A stretch of 64,000 nt of DNA, taken from IMG/VR virus record IMGVR_UViG_3300020438_003185, positions 322 to 64,321 of that record, one strand, 5' to 3'. Both the position numbers and the translations under genes were made by a program. Shown piece after piece: positions 30,632-44,600 of this stretch (positions are counted from its first letter, which is position 1; every line of letters begins with the position of its first letter). The notes under the pieces were generated by a model. The model saw nothing but the letters and a program-made list of their open reading frames with translations, did not search any database and had not been told where the DNA came from. This stretch comes from a virus (lineage: Duplodnaviria > Caudoviricetes).

Positions 30632-31102
30632 TTAATATGAATAAGGAGAGTATGGATCAACGTCTCTCTTGTTTCTAGTCCACGGAACTTTTTTAGTTGC
30701 AAGTGTAGGATCATCATTTAGGGAAGTGGTTGTAGAACCAGTTACTGGGAGCAACGAACTTCCAGCCTCCGACGAGCCAGAATAATGTATATAATTACTG
30801 TGATTAAGATCTACTTTTGTTTCTTGATGCGCTGTAGATATTGTAGGATAATAACTTCTTATAAATCTACCACCATCGCCAAACTTTGTCACATCAAATA
30901 TAGTACCTCCAGCATGAGAACTGTCTTGCCTTCCACGTACATCTGGATTATATAATAAAGAATAATAAGGTGCTGATGATCTAGTAATCCCTATATTATA
31001 CTTATTTGAATCATTAATAACATTGAGATATTGCGAAGTATATGCAATTCCACCTAAAATATTATTAAGACTACCAAAAGTATTAGAAGTATATTCTGAC
31101 AT
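30632..31102 (-). CDS. Hypothetical protein (tail module)
   Basis: 156 aa, TAATG-coupled. Confidence 0.65.
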   Translation of the reverse strand: MSEYTSNTFGSLNNILGGIAYTSQYLNVINDSNKYNIGITRSSAPYYSLLYNPDVRGRQDSSHAGGTIFDVTKFGDGGRFIRSYYPTISTAHQETKVDLNHSNYIHYSGSSEAGSSLLPVTGSTTTSLNDDPTLATKKVPWTRNKRDVDPYSPYSY

Positions 31103-32637
31103 TATTTATATACCCACTCTAAACTTAAAGAATATCTGCCTTCTAATGGAGACCAGCTTTCTGAGGGAGGGCTTAGATACCAAGTTGAAGCACCATTGGT
31201 AGAAGGTTCATATGATTCTATTAGACCTCTTAAAGTAGATTTATAAGGCTCTGTTCTACTTGGAGATCCAACTAAACTATTTCCAGAATACCCAATGTTT
31301 TTAAAATCGAATTGAATATCTATACTTAAACTTCTTCTATATTCAGTTCTACCAAAAGTGAACTGCAAGATAGGGCCGGTGCTGCCGCCTATAACTGGTA
31401 TCACAGCGTATTGATCTCCGGGCGATGTGTCAGAAACTGTTACATTTTCTGAAATAGAATTTATGAAATATTTTGTAGGTCTATTGTCATAGCTAGCACT
31501 GTAAGTAACTTCGCCTGTAATTTCATTTGCTGATACACTAACTGATAAAGGTCTTGCATTTAAAGTTATACCAACAGCACTATTAGCTCTTCTATACATT
31601 TCACTAGCTATACCACAAGCACCGCCATTAGATATAGTATTCCACTTAGACTGAGCGTTTGATATGGGAGAGTCGCCCACGCTAGCGTCTGATGTATCCC
31701 ACTCGTTATCTTGTTCCCAATATGAAATTCCTTTTATAGTACCATTTACGGATGCTCCAACAAAGGGATTGCTTGCGTCATCGCTTGATGAAATTTCAAA
31801 AGTTTCTATAGCTTGCGTAAATCCTTTAAGTAATACAAACGTATCTGTATAAGTAGCAGATCCAGAAGCTTTATCTATTGATATTACTCTAGAGTGATCA
31901 GCTGCAAATTGATTTGTTGTTCCGACAGACGCAGACCCTAAGAAAGAACTAATCCCCTTATAAACATTTGCACCAGTACCTAAAAACTGATATATATAAT
32001 TATTAGCTTGTTCCCAAGCAGCTAAACCACTATTACGCTGGGCTGTATTAGAGGTGTCTACCATAGACCCAGTAGCCGTCACAGTTCTAACAAGTCTTTG
32101 TATTCTTGGAAAAGTGGCACTCCCCGCAGCATTTGTATAACCAAAACTTTCATCTGGAGTTATTTCAAAAGTTTCGTTAAAATCTTCTAGATTATAATTT
32201 GCGAGTGATGGAGATTGAGCTGATGTATCACCATCAAAATGCACCCCTCTCTCATCAGAATTTTCTTTAGTAGCATTTATTGTGATAGTATACGCACACG
32301 TATTTACATATACACCTTCTTGAAAATCTATAGACTGAACAGTTAGCCCACTATACACCATAGCGCCTACTGTTAATTGATTAGATTTATGAACTAATTT
32401 TGTAATTGCTTTTTGAATACTTATTATTTTAGATGCGCCTGCTCCACTTACATTTCCACCGCCAGCAATTATTGTGTCTTTGCTGCCCGCACCAACTAGT
32501 ATAGTTCCAACTAAAGTTATAGTGTGACTTTTTCCAAAGTGAATAAGTTTGTTTTCTAAAGGTGAACTAGATATAGAAACCAAAGGAACTGGATTATATA
32601 TTTGCCCTCCATCAAAAACTATTGCTGGTGTTGACAT
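31102..32637 (-). CDS. Putative distal tail/baseplate protein
   Basis: 511 aa of repeated beta units (ITLVGTI, VTATG, VNGTIKG), AAGGA RBS. Positional inference. Confidence 0.6.
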   Translation of the reverse strand: MSTPAIVFDGGQIYNPVPLVSISSSPLENKLIHFGKSHTITLVGTILVGAGSKDTIIAGGGNVSGAGASKIISIQKAITKLVHKSNQLTVGAMVYSGLTVQSIDFQEGVYVNTCAYTITINATKENSDERGVHFDGDTSAQSPSLANYNLEDFNETFEITPDESFGYTNAAGSATFPRIQRLVRTVTATGSMVDTSNTAQRNSGLAAWEQANNYIYQFLGTGANVYKGISSFLGSASVGTTNQFAADHSRVISIDKASGSATYTDTFVLLKGFTQAIETFEISSSDDASNPFVGASVNGTIKGISYWEQDNEWDTSDASVGDSPISNAQSKWNTISNGGACGIASEMYRRANSAVGITLNARPLSVSVSANEITGEVTYSASYDNRPTKYFINSISENVTVSDTSPGDQYAVIPVIGGSTGPILQFTFGRTEYRRSLSIDIQFDFKNIGYSGNSLVGSPSRTEPYKSTLRGLIESYEPSTNGASTWYLSPPSESWSPLEGRYSLSLEWVYK

Positions 32638-32671
32638 TTTTTTATTTTCCTTATGTATTTTATTAAAAGGG

Positions 32672-35600
32672 TTATACTTGGAAGTGACCCTTAGTATGTA
32701 AAATCATTTCATCTACGCCGGATGCTGAAGTTTCAACGTGCATATTTAATGGATCGCCAGAATTATTGATACTCTCCATTACACTTCCTGATATAGAAAG
32801 ATTAAAAATATCATCTCCAGAATTATCGGCTATTCCTAAAACGCCAAAGGTATTCAACCTTAGTTCTATATCATTATACACATTTCCTATACCGGAAGGC
32901 TTAATGAGATTCATACTAGAAGACGTAGAAGGAGGCTTTCCGCTTATGAATAATCTATTATATCCTGCCAAAAATGTTCCAAAGTAATAAGCTCCATGAA
33001 TTTGTTCGATAAATGGCCTGTGGGACACATATCCCTTTGGATTAGAATCTTGTCCTGAAGCTTCTACAAATATTTCACCCTTTTCGTTAGCATATACTAT
33101 ACCACCTTGATATAGATTGTTGTTTGTTTTTGTGCCGTTTTTGAAATCAAACAGAAGGTATTTTTCATGATCTTGTACGTTCATGCTTCCGAATATTCTG
33201 CCAGCTAAATTTGTGTCTGGATGAGAAAAGGAAGGAGCTTGTCTTCTAAGCATTGCGTCATAGTTGTAAACAGCTCCACCAGAAGATAGTATTTGAGACG
33301 AGATTCCAGAACCATAAGAATGAGAAGGACTACCTACTACCAATGTATAATCTTGATCGGATCTAGCGTTTCTGTCTAGAGCAATAGATCTTCCAAAGAA
33401 ATCATTTTCATTTACAGAGTTGTAACCTTGAGGTATAAGCTTCTGTATGTATACCCAATCTTGTCTCTTTGATCCCCAATCAGAAATTTTATTTTCATAA
33501 GTGTAAACTGCTCCTTGATTGCCTGAGCCACCAATAGCAAAATCGTTTTTATCTATTTGTGTTATATCAAATTGATCATTGAATTCTTTTCTAACAAATT
33601 CCCCAGAAGCTCCGACATCAGCCGTCTTTACTATGTTAGCAGTTCCATCATGAGATGGTGCTGAGATAACTAGAACATCACCATCAACATCAAAAGACAT
33701 GCCAAATTGATCGCCAGCATTTAATGTGTCTGGTCTAAATTTCCTAGTACACGACCAAGCCGTTTGAACTGACAAGTTGGTAACATTTGTTTGATTATAA
33801 TCTCTAGTAAATTTATAAACAGATCCAGCGCCACCATTAGATCCTAAATCAGCATTTAATAAAGGTGTGTTTGGAGAGTTATTTACAACTTCATCCCAAG
33901 ACGTAATGTTCTGTCCAGAGAAAGCAGCAAAAGGTGCAGAAACATAAACTTCACCTTTATGTATTTTTACCTTATATCCGAATAAGTCGCCCGGATAACC
34001 AGACATGTGAGGTTGCATTTCGTGGAAATCTAAAAAGTCATATCCAAATGTTTTCATTAAGGAGTTGCGACCTTCTCCATAGCCATTGTCTTCATATGTT
34101 ACGCCGTCAATATCAACCTTAAATCTACACCAAGTTCCCATAGAAACCATATCTCCAGAGAATGCAGATATTCTTCCAAGTCTGGCATTTTCTATGGCAA
34201 CATCATCAATTGGTGGCATTGGACTTTTAAATGTCTGGTAGCTTGGCGCATTAGCCCTTGCTGGTTCAAGTGGAGCAAGCCAAGGTCTGCCCGGATAAGT
34301 CAGGGAAGCTTCATCATTACCAAACCGGCTCGGATCTTTAATAGAATTCTGAGTATAACCTCCAAAGAGATTATTAAATCCACTATTAATTTCAGAACTC
34401 ATTAATTTAGCAGGACTAGTTTTTTCTGGAGAAACAATTTTCAACATACTTTCATATCTTAAAGTTCCTCCATATTCATCCTCGTAATAAACATCACTTT
34501 CTTCACTCCTATAATCCGCTGGATATAGACTTCTTAAGAACGATATAACATCTCCATTAATCCAATTCTCTCTGTCAGGAAGTCTAACATTACTTCCTTG
34601 AATTAGGCTGGCATCACTAATGACTGTAATTCTAGATTTTTCAGCACCAGTTAGGAAAGGTCTCTGATAATAAATTTCTTGTGCAGCTGTAACTGGTCCG
34701 TCTGCAAGCTCTGGGCCGGGAGTTCCAAAACCCTCTTCGCTACGACAAAAATCAGTTGGGCAATATTTACTGCTATCAGAACTAATTTCTTGTATTACTT
34801 CTCTAGTACTAATAGAAGCAGGAGTGCCTTCAGAAACTAACTCTGTTCTTGTGCTATAAATTGGTCGCTGTTGAGTTTTAGTGATAGTTCCTATCTTGAC
34901 TCCAGATATACCTATCAATCTTTGAGTGAATATTGATTCTGGGTCAATTGTTTCTACGCCATAATTATCACCTTGTATGTATACAGATATACCAGAAGCG
35001 CCAGATGGAACAGTAAAGTCGAAATGATGCGTATAGTTTATTCCTCCATAATTTCCTATAGGCCAAACATCTATAGTAGATGCTTCCTCTTGTGGCCCTT
35101 GTCGATACTGAGACTCACCTATGCTATATTTGGAGTCAATTGTGATATAACTATCTCCCCCGTAAACTAATGGATCTCTTAATTCTGACATTTCATTATT
35201 TAGCGGTGTTGTGATAATATTCGCAGCACCGTTGACATTGCTAACATAAACACCAAGAACTCGCTCTTCAGATCTACGTTCAGATGAAAAAGTTGTAAAC
35301 ATTCTATAAGTTTGTTCAGGTTCTACTGGGAAATCAATCCTCGCAGTACCTGTTCTCATAAAGGGGGTTCCAGTGTCAGCAGTTCTTTTATCAACAATTT
35401 TTGCATCGTAATATAGAAGAGTATTAACAGCGAAATTATTTTCAAAACAAACTGCCAAATATTTTTGAACAAACACATCGCTTACACTATTTAACTTAGA
35501 AAGTTCTCCTCTTTTACCTTCTATAAAGTTAGTATTAAAACGATTTATAACAAGGCCATCTATACGGCTACCTGTGCCACGAGGTATACTCTGTAGAGGC

Positions 35601-38600
35601 AAGCTTGGAAGTCCTGTATCCTCCAATGTTGCATACTTATGTTTACTGTCTAAATACAAAGGTCTAATATTTGATCCTAGTTTAGACAAGGTGGTTTGTA
35701 ACTTAGCTACTCTGCTGAAAATCTCTTCCCCCAAACTGTTATCCCAATTTTCATTGATGTCTCGACTCATACGTGGCCCAACAGTAATTACGATCTTTCT
35801 ATTCTCTGCGCCATTAAGCCACAGTTTTAACTGTGCTGCTTCTTGGTCACTAGGAATATTGTCAGTATTTGCTATCCATAAAACATCAAACTGAGAAGCT
35901 ACTTGATTTATCTGTGACATCTGTACATTTTCAAATACTTCATAGTTTAATACCCACTGGAACGTGCTGGCAAGTCTAGACTCATCATAACCATCAACAA
36001 AAGATGTTCGTTCCGTCCAACCACCCAGTTGTGCAACTCTAGTGTTTCCATTAGATGTTTTATCTAAAAGGTTCATATAGAAGATAACATTTGTGTCACC
36101 ACCAGAAGATAGAGACCGTGAAGATTCAAACTCAGTTGTGGTCATAACAACTATCTTGGCAGTAGTATTTAGCAATTGTTCTTCCACGCAAATTGGAAAT
36201 GTATCTTGAACTTCTACATTATAGTCTTCTGTTTCTTCCAATATTTCAGATCTTGCCATGAACAAGGCATTTTTATTATTTTGTTCTAAAATTGGATTAT
36301 CTTTATCAAAGAATAGACTATTAGATTCTGTTCCAAATTCATTATAATTCAAGTATGTATAGTTACCACTGTCATGCGTAATACCAAATTCTATTTCTGT
36401 ATGCACATTGTTATCATCAAACTCAGGAAAATCAACAACAGTCTCATATCCAGATATATATTTTACTTGTCTATAACGGGGTCCAGTAGCTGGTATAACC
36501 TTTGTAATAATTTTCTTTTCTGCTGCTGCTAAAATAGGAATAGGTTCATAATTTTTCTTTGGATATTCTGGGCAAGGTATAGCATCATCACAGCACCCAC
36601 AGTTATAAGTCTCTGGAAGATTATGAGTACCATAAACTAAAGCAAGGTTAACTTTGAAATTAACTTTATTATTACGACAATCAAAGCACTGATCTGACCA
36701 CTCTGCTCTAAGGTCTCCTTCGTGTTTAATGACATGATTACATCTGTTATTAAGTTCAAAATAACCTTGCTGCTTACCGGCAGCTATAAGAGAAGCAAGT
36801 TCATCTAACCCTTGAAGTATATTGTCTACTTTAGGTTTGCTACAGCTATAACTTCTATAGATGTTTTCATCATACAATCTGATATCAGCAACCCCAGAGC
36901 CTCGCATATTTCCACCCGACACATACGTATAAGTAGTATTTGATGGTACAAAGGATGGTATATTGTTATAATATATACCCGTGTCTTGATCTACCATAGA
37001 CTCATATCTACTAGCAGCTGGATATAACCTCATTCTAGAATCCAAGTTAGTCAAGAGCCTGTTAATAATAGAATTAGAATTAAAGTATGCTCCACTTCTT
37101 CCGTATTGATCAGTTTCAAATACGGGATCATCACCCACTAATACAAGGTGTCTATCACCTAGCCCCAACCAATTTTGAATGTTATCTATGTATTCTTTAC
37201 TAAGCCTATCTATCTCTGGAGTGATTATAAATAGTAACCCAACTTCTGGTGGAATTTCTGGATCTTCAAATCCACTTTCTACATATCGTTCACTGCCATA
37301 AGTAGCTTTAAATAATTCATCATAGTATCTATCCAAGTGATTGTCAGCATCTTCAATAGTTAAATCTTTATCTGTCAATAGATATTTACTTTTTTCTATA
37401 GATCTATGCAAGTTACCCCACGCTCCGAATTGCATAACTTTGTCATGCTCGAAATATTTTCTAGCCTGCAAAACTCTTACAGCACCAGCATTAACGTTAG
37501 AAAACCATTGTTGTGGATCACTAGCCATTCGTCCCGGCTTATACCATAAAAGCCCTGCGTCAGTAGCGCCAATACTATCAGTTGGAGACCCTATAGCAAG
37601 TAAGGTTCCATCCTCATTTAAGTCCACGCTATAACCTAGTCTTGGATTAGGCATATACTTAGAAGTTAGCCAATTCCAAGAGTGATTAGGATTTATTTGA
37701 GAATCATTTATTTCTGTGGACAAGGAGTACCCTGTATACACATCATTGTAAGCAAGTCTGTAAGTGTATTGACCGCTAGGAGATAGGTTGTCATATACTT
37801 CCACGGCGGCTTGTCTTCGACCCGTAGCATTAATGGCAGTGCGTTTTTTGAACAAGTAAGAAGTTTTAGCTTCTCTTAATTCTAAAACATCGCTGATTCC
37901 AACTCGTTGTACCCAATTTCCAAAATAATCGTAAAAATAATTGAAAGAACCATAACCATAAGATTGTTCATAAACTCTAACTTGAGAGGACATGTATGGA
38001 GAACCTATTACTAAAGCACTACCGTCTTCGCTAATCGCTACATCATGACCAAATCTATCCACAGCAACAGCGCTGCTAGTAGTAGGGGAATCAATTCTCT
38101 GTATAGTTTTCCAACCATCGTCAAATTTTTCAAATACAAACACAGCTCCACCACTAGGAGGAGCTATATTAAATCCGGGTGTTGAAGGATTAAATGTACC
38201 AAAGTTAGATCCAGCAAATAATTTAAAATCTAGTGTTTCTATCAACCTGTTTATATTTAAAGTAGAATCTAATAAACTTATAGCTTGACTAAACCAAACT
38301 TCTTTATTTTCAAAACGTCCTCCATCATCATCACTATCGGTTGTATCATCCCTGCCATCGTTACCGCCGATACTTGTAACTATAGAAGGTCTAGCGGGTT
38401 GATTTAAATGATTTACCAACCCATTATCATAAGCTTCTTGAGAAACCCAACTCATAAATCTTTCTAATCCACCATCGCCTTCAATGGAAGTGTTGTTAGT
38501 AGAACCAACAGCCCTTGTGCCGTAAGATAACGATGTGTCTACAAAGAATCCAACTATAGCGGGCTGATTACTATTTTGTTTAGATGAGTCTTGGTAATAA

Positions 38601-41600
38601 CGTTCATTATATATTTCCTTCAAGTCTGTAAATAATTGTTCATTTGTTCTTTCGATTTCAGAAGGAGTTGAGCCATATACTCTATGAACTTGTTTTTTAA
38701 ATATAAAATCTGGATCTTCAAGTTGAGCCTCTGACCAATCAGGACCAGCTGGTATATTAGTACCAAGTACTCCTTCGCATATTATAATTTCTACATTAAA
38801 ACGTATAGGAGGGTCGGAAAAGTATCTAAACATAAGATCTTTTTTCTCTATAACTGGCAATAAGTCATCAGGTATTGTACTTCTGTTACGCCCCGAAAAG
38901 CTTCTAGGAAACGGAGAGCAAGGAATAAACTCATCAGTAAATACAAACAAAACTATATTAACTGGTTCTGGTTCAGCTGTTTCAAACGTTCTATTCCATT
39001 TAGCTCCCGGCGCTCCAGCAACTACAATCTCCTTACCATTATGTTTTGATATTGAAACTGAATGCCCTAACTCTCTACCCTTTTGTCCGACAGACCAAAA
39101 TCTTTGGTATCCCGTTCCAAGAACTGTGTCAAACCTTCCTCCCGGCTCTCTATATTTTATTTCAATTGGTTCTTCTCTATATGAATCCACCAAATAACCA
39201 CTTGGTAAGGATAAATGTGACTCAAAGGACCAGCTAGATTGATCAGGCTGATCAGTCCAATCATTTCCGGTAGGAGCAGGATTTCTTCTGTATATGAAAA
39301 CACTACCAGCATTAGGAACAAGAGAACCGTCATGTTCTACTAAATCATAATTAGGAACACCAACAGCCATTAAGTCGTCTACTACATCTACAGAATATCC
39401 AAACTTATCATTCAATGCTCTATCTGGATCTGGAGGAACAATTTTAATACCAGAATAATCTACTTCATCATTAGTCCCATATCCCCATTCTGATATTTCT
39501 CTAGGTACATCTAATACTCCATCATCTCCAGTTTTAGCAGTTATAAATAAGCTGTAAGGACCGCCGGGGATAAGGTTTGTGTATTTTCTAACACCGTAAT
39601 AATTATTATCATAACCACTACTAATAGTGTTAAATGCTGTTACATTAGGGTTGTTGTATACACGCTTAGGTCTAATCACTCCACCGTTTACACAGTCTTG
39701 AGAGTACCACAGCGTATCGTGAGTAATAATGTCTGGTTCATCACAACCTTTATTGTTATCACATGATGAGTGACACATTGTGATAACGCCTCTAATTTCA
39801 TCATCAGCTTCTAACGAAAGCAAATCATTATCTGCTAATACAATCTCACTTCCAGTATTTTGATCGTTCCAATTAAATGTCTGTAAATAATTTTCCCAGC
39901 CAAGTTGACCCACATTTAACGTGTGCAAAGACATCTGCCCACTAGATGTTACTATGCTAGGATCATACGCATTAACATATAAATTAAATGTAGCATCAAC
40001 AATTTCACCACCATACTCTGTTTCAATTCTGTCAATTTCTACATATAGATTGAATTTTTCTTTTTTACTTTTCGTCCTTCTTTGTGATGGACCAATACTT
40101 CCAGTACTTGCGTAACGACTGCCACCTCCAAACAAGTAAAGGTTACAATCTTGATTAAGTTGATTAGATTCATTTCCAGTAGAATCTATTCCACGTAAGA
40201 AAAAGTCTAGTTCTGATTCTGAATGATCATGATAAAATCTATCTTTGTTTAATAAAAATAGTGTACATCCCGTATCTTTATAAAACGTAGGCGGCGGCGG
40301 CGGCGGTATAGTGGTAGATGTGGTTGCGTTTACCGATGGATCTGGTAAGCTGTATTCAATTGGGAACACTCCCTCTGGTGGAGTTGGCACAACTGTTTGC
40401 AAAATACCATCAACAAACGAAGATCTAGAAGCACCGAGTGTAACTCTTATATCATCTAGGTATATAGAATAATCTGGATCTGATGGGTCGTCGTTATTAT
40501 ACGAACCTGTTCTCATGTCTGGGCAAATTTTAAACTCAGGATATATTGTGCTATAATTTCTTTCAAGAGCTTGTGACAACAAGTAGTCTGGTTCTACAAG
40601 ACTCTCTATGTCGGGCCACCCAAAATATGTTCCTTCACCAACGATAGCTCCATCTAATATAATATATACTTTATCTTCAGTAGCTGAAATTGCTACATGA
40701 TGCCACTTATCATAATCAACAACTATGGGGGATACTATACGATGAGCGCGACATGTTTCCTCTAAATAATTATTAGAAAAATCATCATCTGTTCTTAAAG
40801 GAGCTTCTGGAAAAGTGCTAAAATAATCGAATGTAAACGAGTGCGTGTGCGATGGTACATAAGGTCCAGTAAATTCGATAGCATTAAGATTAGAAGAGTC
40901 TGTAGCATTGTAATTAATTGAAAAACTCATGCCAGTTTCTATGGTATTAAAACCAATATTGTCTGCTCTATATCCAGTACTATAGGACTGTTGATCTCTC
41001 AGTGTATACCAACGCTCTCGGGAGGATGATTTTTGATCACTTGAGTACAGGGCAGCACCAGCTGCACCAAACGTGTTGTAATTTCTACCAAAAATAGCTG
41101 AAGTAAACCAGTTTGTATTAGGTGCTGGTTTTGAAACTAATGATGATGGGTCTGGTATACGTAGGAAAAATTCTATAGTCCATTTAGAAGTCCAAAGTTT
41201 TGGATCTAAAGCTAAGGTCTTAAAGTTTGCTCCATAACGTGTTTGCGCTTCCCCTATGGTGGCGGCTGTTTGATCAAACACCCTAAGAGACCGTGTACCA
41301 AAATTACGATACAGATCACTAGTTGGTAATTTCTTTAAATAAGTTAATCCAGCAGCAGCAGCAAACCCTCCTCTAGTCATGTTGCTACTACCATTATTTT
41401 TGCCACTAAGATCTCTTGATCCGGCATTAGCGTCTTCAAAATCAAGTAGCAAATTTACATAACTGCCAAGGTCATCTGTCTCTACTTCAGACGAGCCAAA
41501 CAAAACAGGGTCGCTATTAAAAATAGCATTATCTTGTTGCTGCGGCGCACCAAAGAAACCTCCATTATTAGAACTAGAATTTCCAAACCAAGACATAATT

Positions 41601-44600
41601 CCAATAGTATGTAAATTAAATTGTTCTGGGGGTTCTACTTTAATTCCAGTGACTGAATGAAAATACAAACCAAGGTGTGGATCTGGTAGATCATAATCAT
41701 GGAAATCAGTTGAGTAAGTAGCTGAAGTATAAAGTGGTGGCCCGAAATAACCTACTCCACTTGAATCTATTTTTGTCCAAGGAAGACCAGCAGTATGTAA
41801 AGAAAGACCACTGGAAGGGGTATCAATTATTCCTTTCTCAGAGACAGAAAGATTCATCTGTCCAAAAGATATAGCTTCGCTAGTAACGTGAAGGTTAAAG
41901 TCGTCTATATAAGTAACGTCTTTTAGATGAAGAGCGTTTTCTAATCTTACGTGAGATGAGTGAATTCTAATTTTAGAGTCGTAAGACCCAGAAGGATATG
42001 CTAAGTCATATTGAACAAACATATCATTCATATCTTTAGAAGATAAATAGTGACCTCTTTGTTTTAAAATTTGTTGTCTATCAAAATTAGCCCAAGGTTC
42101 TGTCTCAGTGTCTCTATAGCTATCTATAGTAAACTCACTAATTATTTTTTGCCAACAATCTCTTGGTCCAATATAATGTATGTCCCTATTAAGCAGACCC
42201 CAATTCTCGCTGTCAAACAAGTCTGTTTCTTTTGTCTTGGTATACAAACTAACAATAAGTCTTGGTCCCACTTTTCCATCGGGCCACGTAATGTCATTAG
42301 TTGTTTCATGCTCAACAACCGTGTCTACCGCAATGGCATCTTTTGCAAAATTGTAGCCATTTGGCAAGGCTTTAGAAATTCTTGGAGCTACTGACAACAT
42401 CTTGTCTGAAGTGTCTGAGAGATGCATTCTGAACATATCGTTTTCAAGCTGGGTATGATATGCTAGTCCAGACGTAACAATATCGTTTGGAAGGGCGAGC
42501 TGAGTATTATCCTCGTAGCTGCCACCGTCAGTCTTGAAATTGTGAACAATATAATCGTTTCCTATTTTCCTTGTAAGCGTGTCATAATCTGGGCCAAATT
42601 CACAATATTTAAATGCTCCTATGTGCCACTTGTTAGAATCTTCATCTACAAAATCCCACAATTTATATCTATCATTTTTATATGATTCGCCATCATTCCA
42701 GAACTTAGATCTAAAAGAATCAAAGAATCTTTCAGCTGTGGTTTGTTGTTTAGACGCATCTGCAACATCTCCATTTACTAATATAGATCCGTAAGTAATA
42801 TCTTCAGAAACACCTACGTCTGTAACAAACGCATTCATACCAATGCCAGATCCGTATGAATGACCAAGTATTAAATCACTGTCTCCACTAGCCATTGTAA
42901 ATGGTTGTGAAGAACTTCTAAGTATATCAAAACTTCCACTGTTTATAATTTCATTATCTGTGTATAACCTTAAACGTTTAGAATCATTGTCATTATAAGT
43001 AAGCAATACTGGTACTGGGTATTGATAGTCTGTATAAGTTAATGTATCTTTAACTTCTATATTATTACCATTAATATCTCTAGCGTAACCAACAATATGA
43101 CCATCTTTATAACCAATTGCTAGTTCTAAATCTTTTCCAGAATCCCACTTAGATAAAATAACACCATTATTAAACAAGTTATAATCAGCGCCGCTAACGT
43201 CAACGTCTGGGGAAAATCTTGTGAATAAAGAAAAACCGCCAGAGCATTCTATGTTACCAAAATTAACATTGGCATTAGACTGTTTGACTCTTAAAGCGTT
43301 TTCAAAAGAGTCAGTTATCTTTCCATGTAATTCGTGACCAGAAGATGTCCAATCAATAGTAGTGTACGATCTTTCTTGAGAAGAGAACAGGTGGTCTGTT
43401 CTGAATCTAAAACCTACACTGTTAATAATATTATTAGAAAGCAGGCCATTAAATATTCCACTATTTGTTGTAGAACTATCATCAGGATATATAGTATTAT
43501 CTTCTGTATTTCTAAAGGTATAGTAACCATTAATGAAAGGTTTTTCCAACTGCGGATTATAAAAGCTTTCATCAAAAGCGGGAGGATCAAACGGTCCTGA
43601 TCTAGACACGCCATCTACACCTCTCCACCTCTTGGAATAATTAGTTTTGATTGTGTCAGGTGTTTTAAATCCATGAGGTATATTCTCAATTAAAGACAAA
43701 GGCTTTGAGCCTACAACAGCGTTTAACTTATGATCATACTCTCCCATAGCAGCTGCAAATAATCCATTGGACCTTCTAGAGATTTCTATACCTCCGTGTC
43801 CAAAGGTGTGTAACTGCATAGCTGCGGAAGGTCTATACTTTATTATCAGTTCTGCTTTTGCTATAACAGCGCCAACAGGAAGGGGATAAATATCAAGATG
43901 TAAAGCCTCGAAGAATGGAGATATATTATATGTATCTGGAGTTCCTAGCTCATTAAGCTTAGGACTAATTTGCAAAGGAACGATGTATTGACTGTACTCT
44001 GTACTGTCTACCATAGAAGGTGTTCTAACTTCATCTCCATTTTCGTCTTCACCAATTTTGAGTACTGAAGCTGTAATTAAATGATGATCACCTCCGGGGT
44101 TGTTAGCAACTAATCTGTTTTCAAAATATTCATCTCTAGAAGATATAGCTTCAGAAGATCTAGCTAGATAATTTGAATTATCAAAACCAGAAGAAACTGG
44201 TATAGTACCAACGCCAGTGGTAGAATTTTGCAAGAAACCATCAACAGCAGACGTAACGTTGAAAAGACCGTCATCGCAATATCCTACAACGTCCAAAGTA
44301 AAATCTCTTGTAGAAGTAGAAGATTTTTTAGCTAGAACTTTTAACTCTATAGATTCTATTGTATAGAATTCTTGTTCTACCTTTTCAACACTAGACTTAG
44401 CAAGATCTAAATTACTATCTAGTCTGAGCTTCCCAATACTGAATGCGCCACCTGATTTTTGCACAACTCTTGTAGATGGTTGATGAGAATATACAATTTG
44501 TAACTTACCAGAATCTGCAATTGGAGATGTCGAAATAAGCTCTATGGACCTAAAGCTAACAAAATCATTAAGCGATTTACTCAGTTGTTCTAAATCTTCT

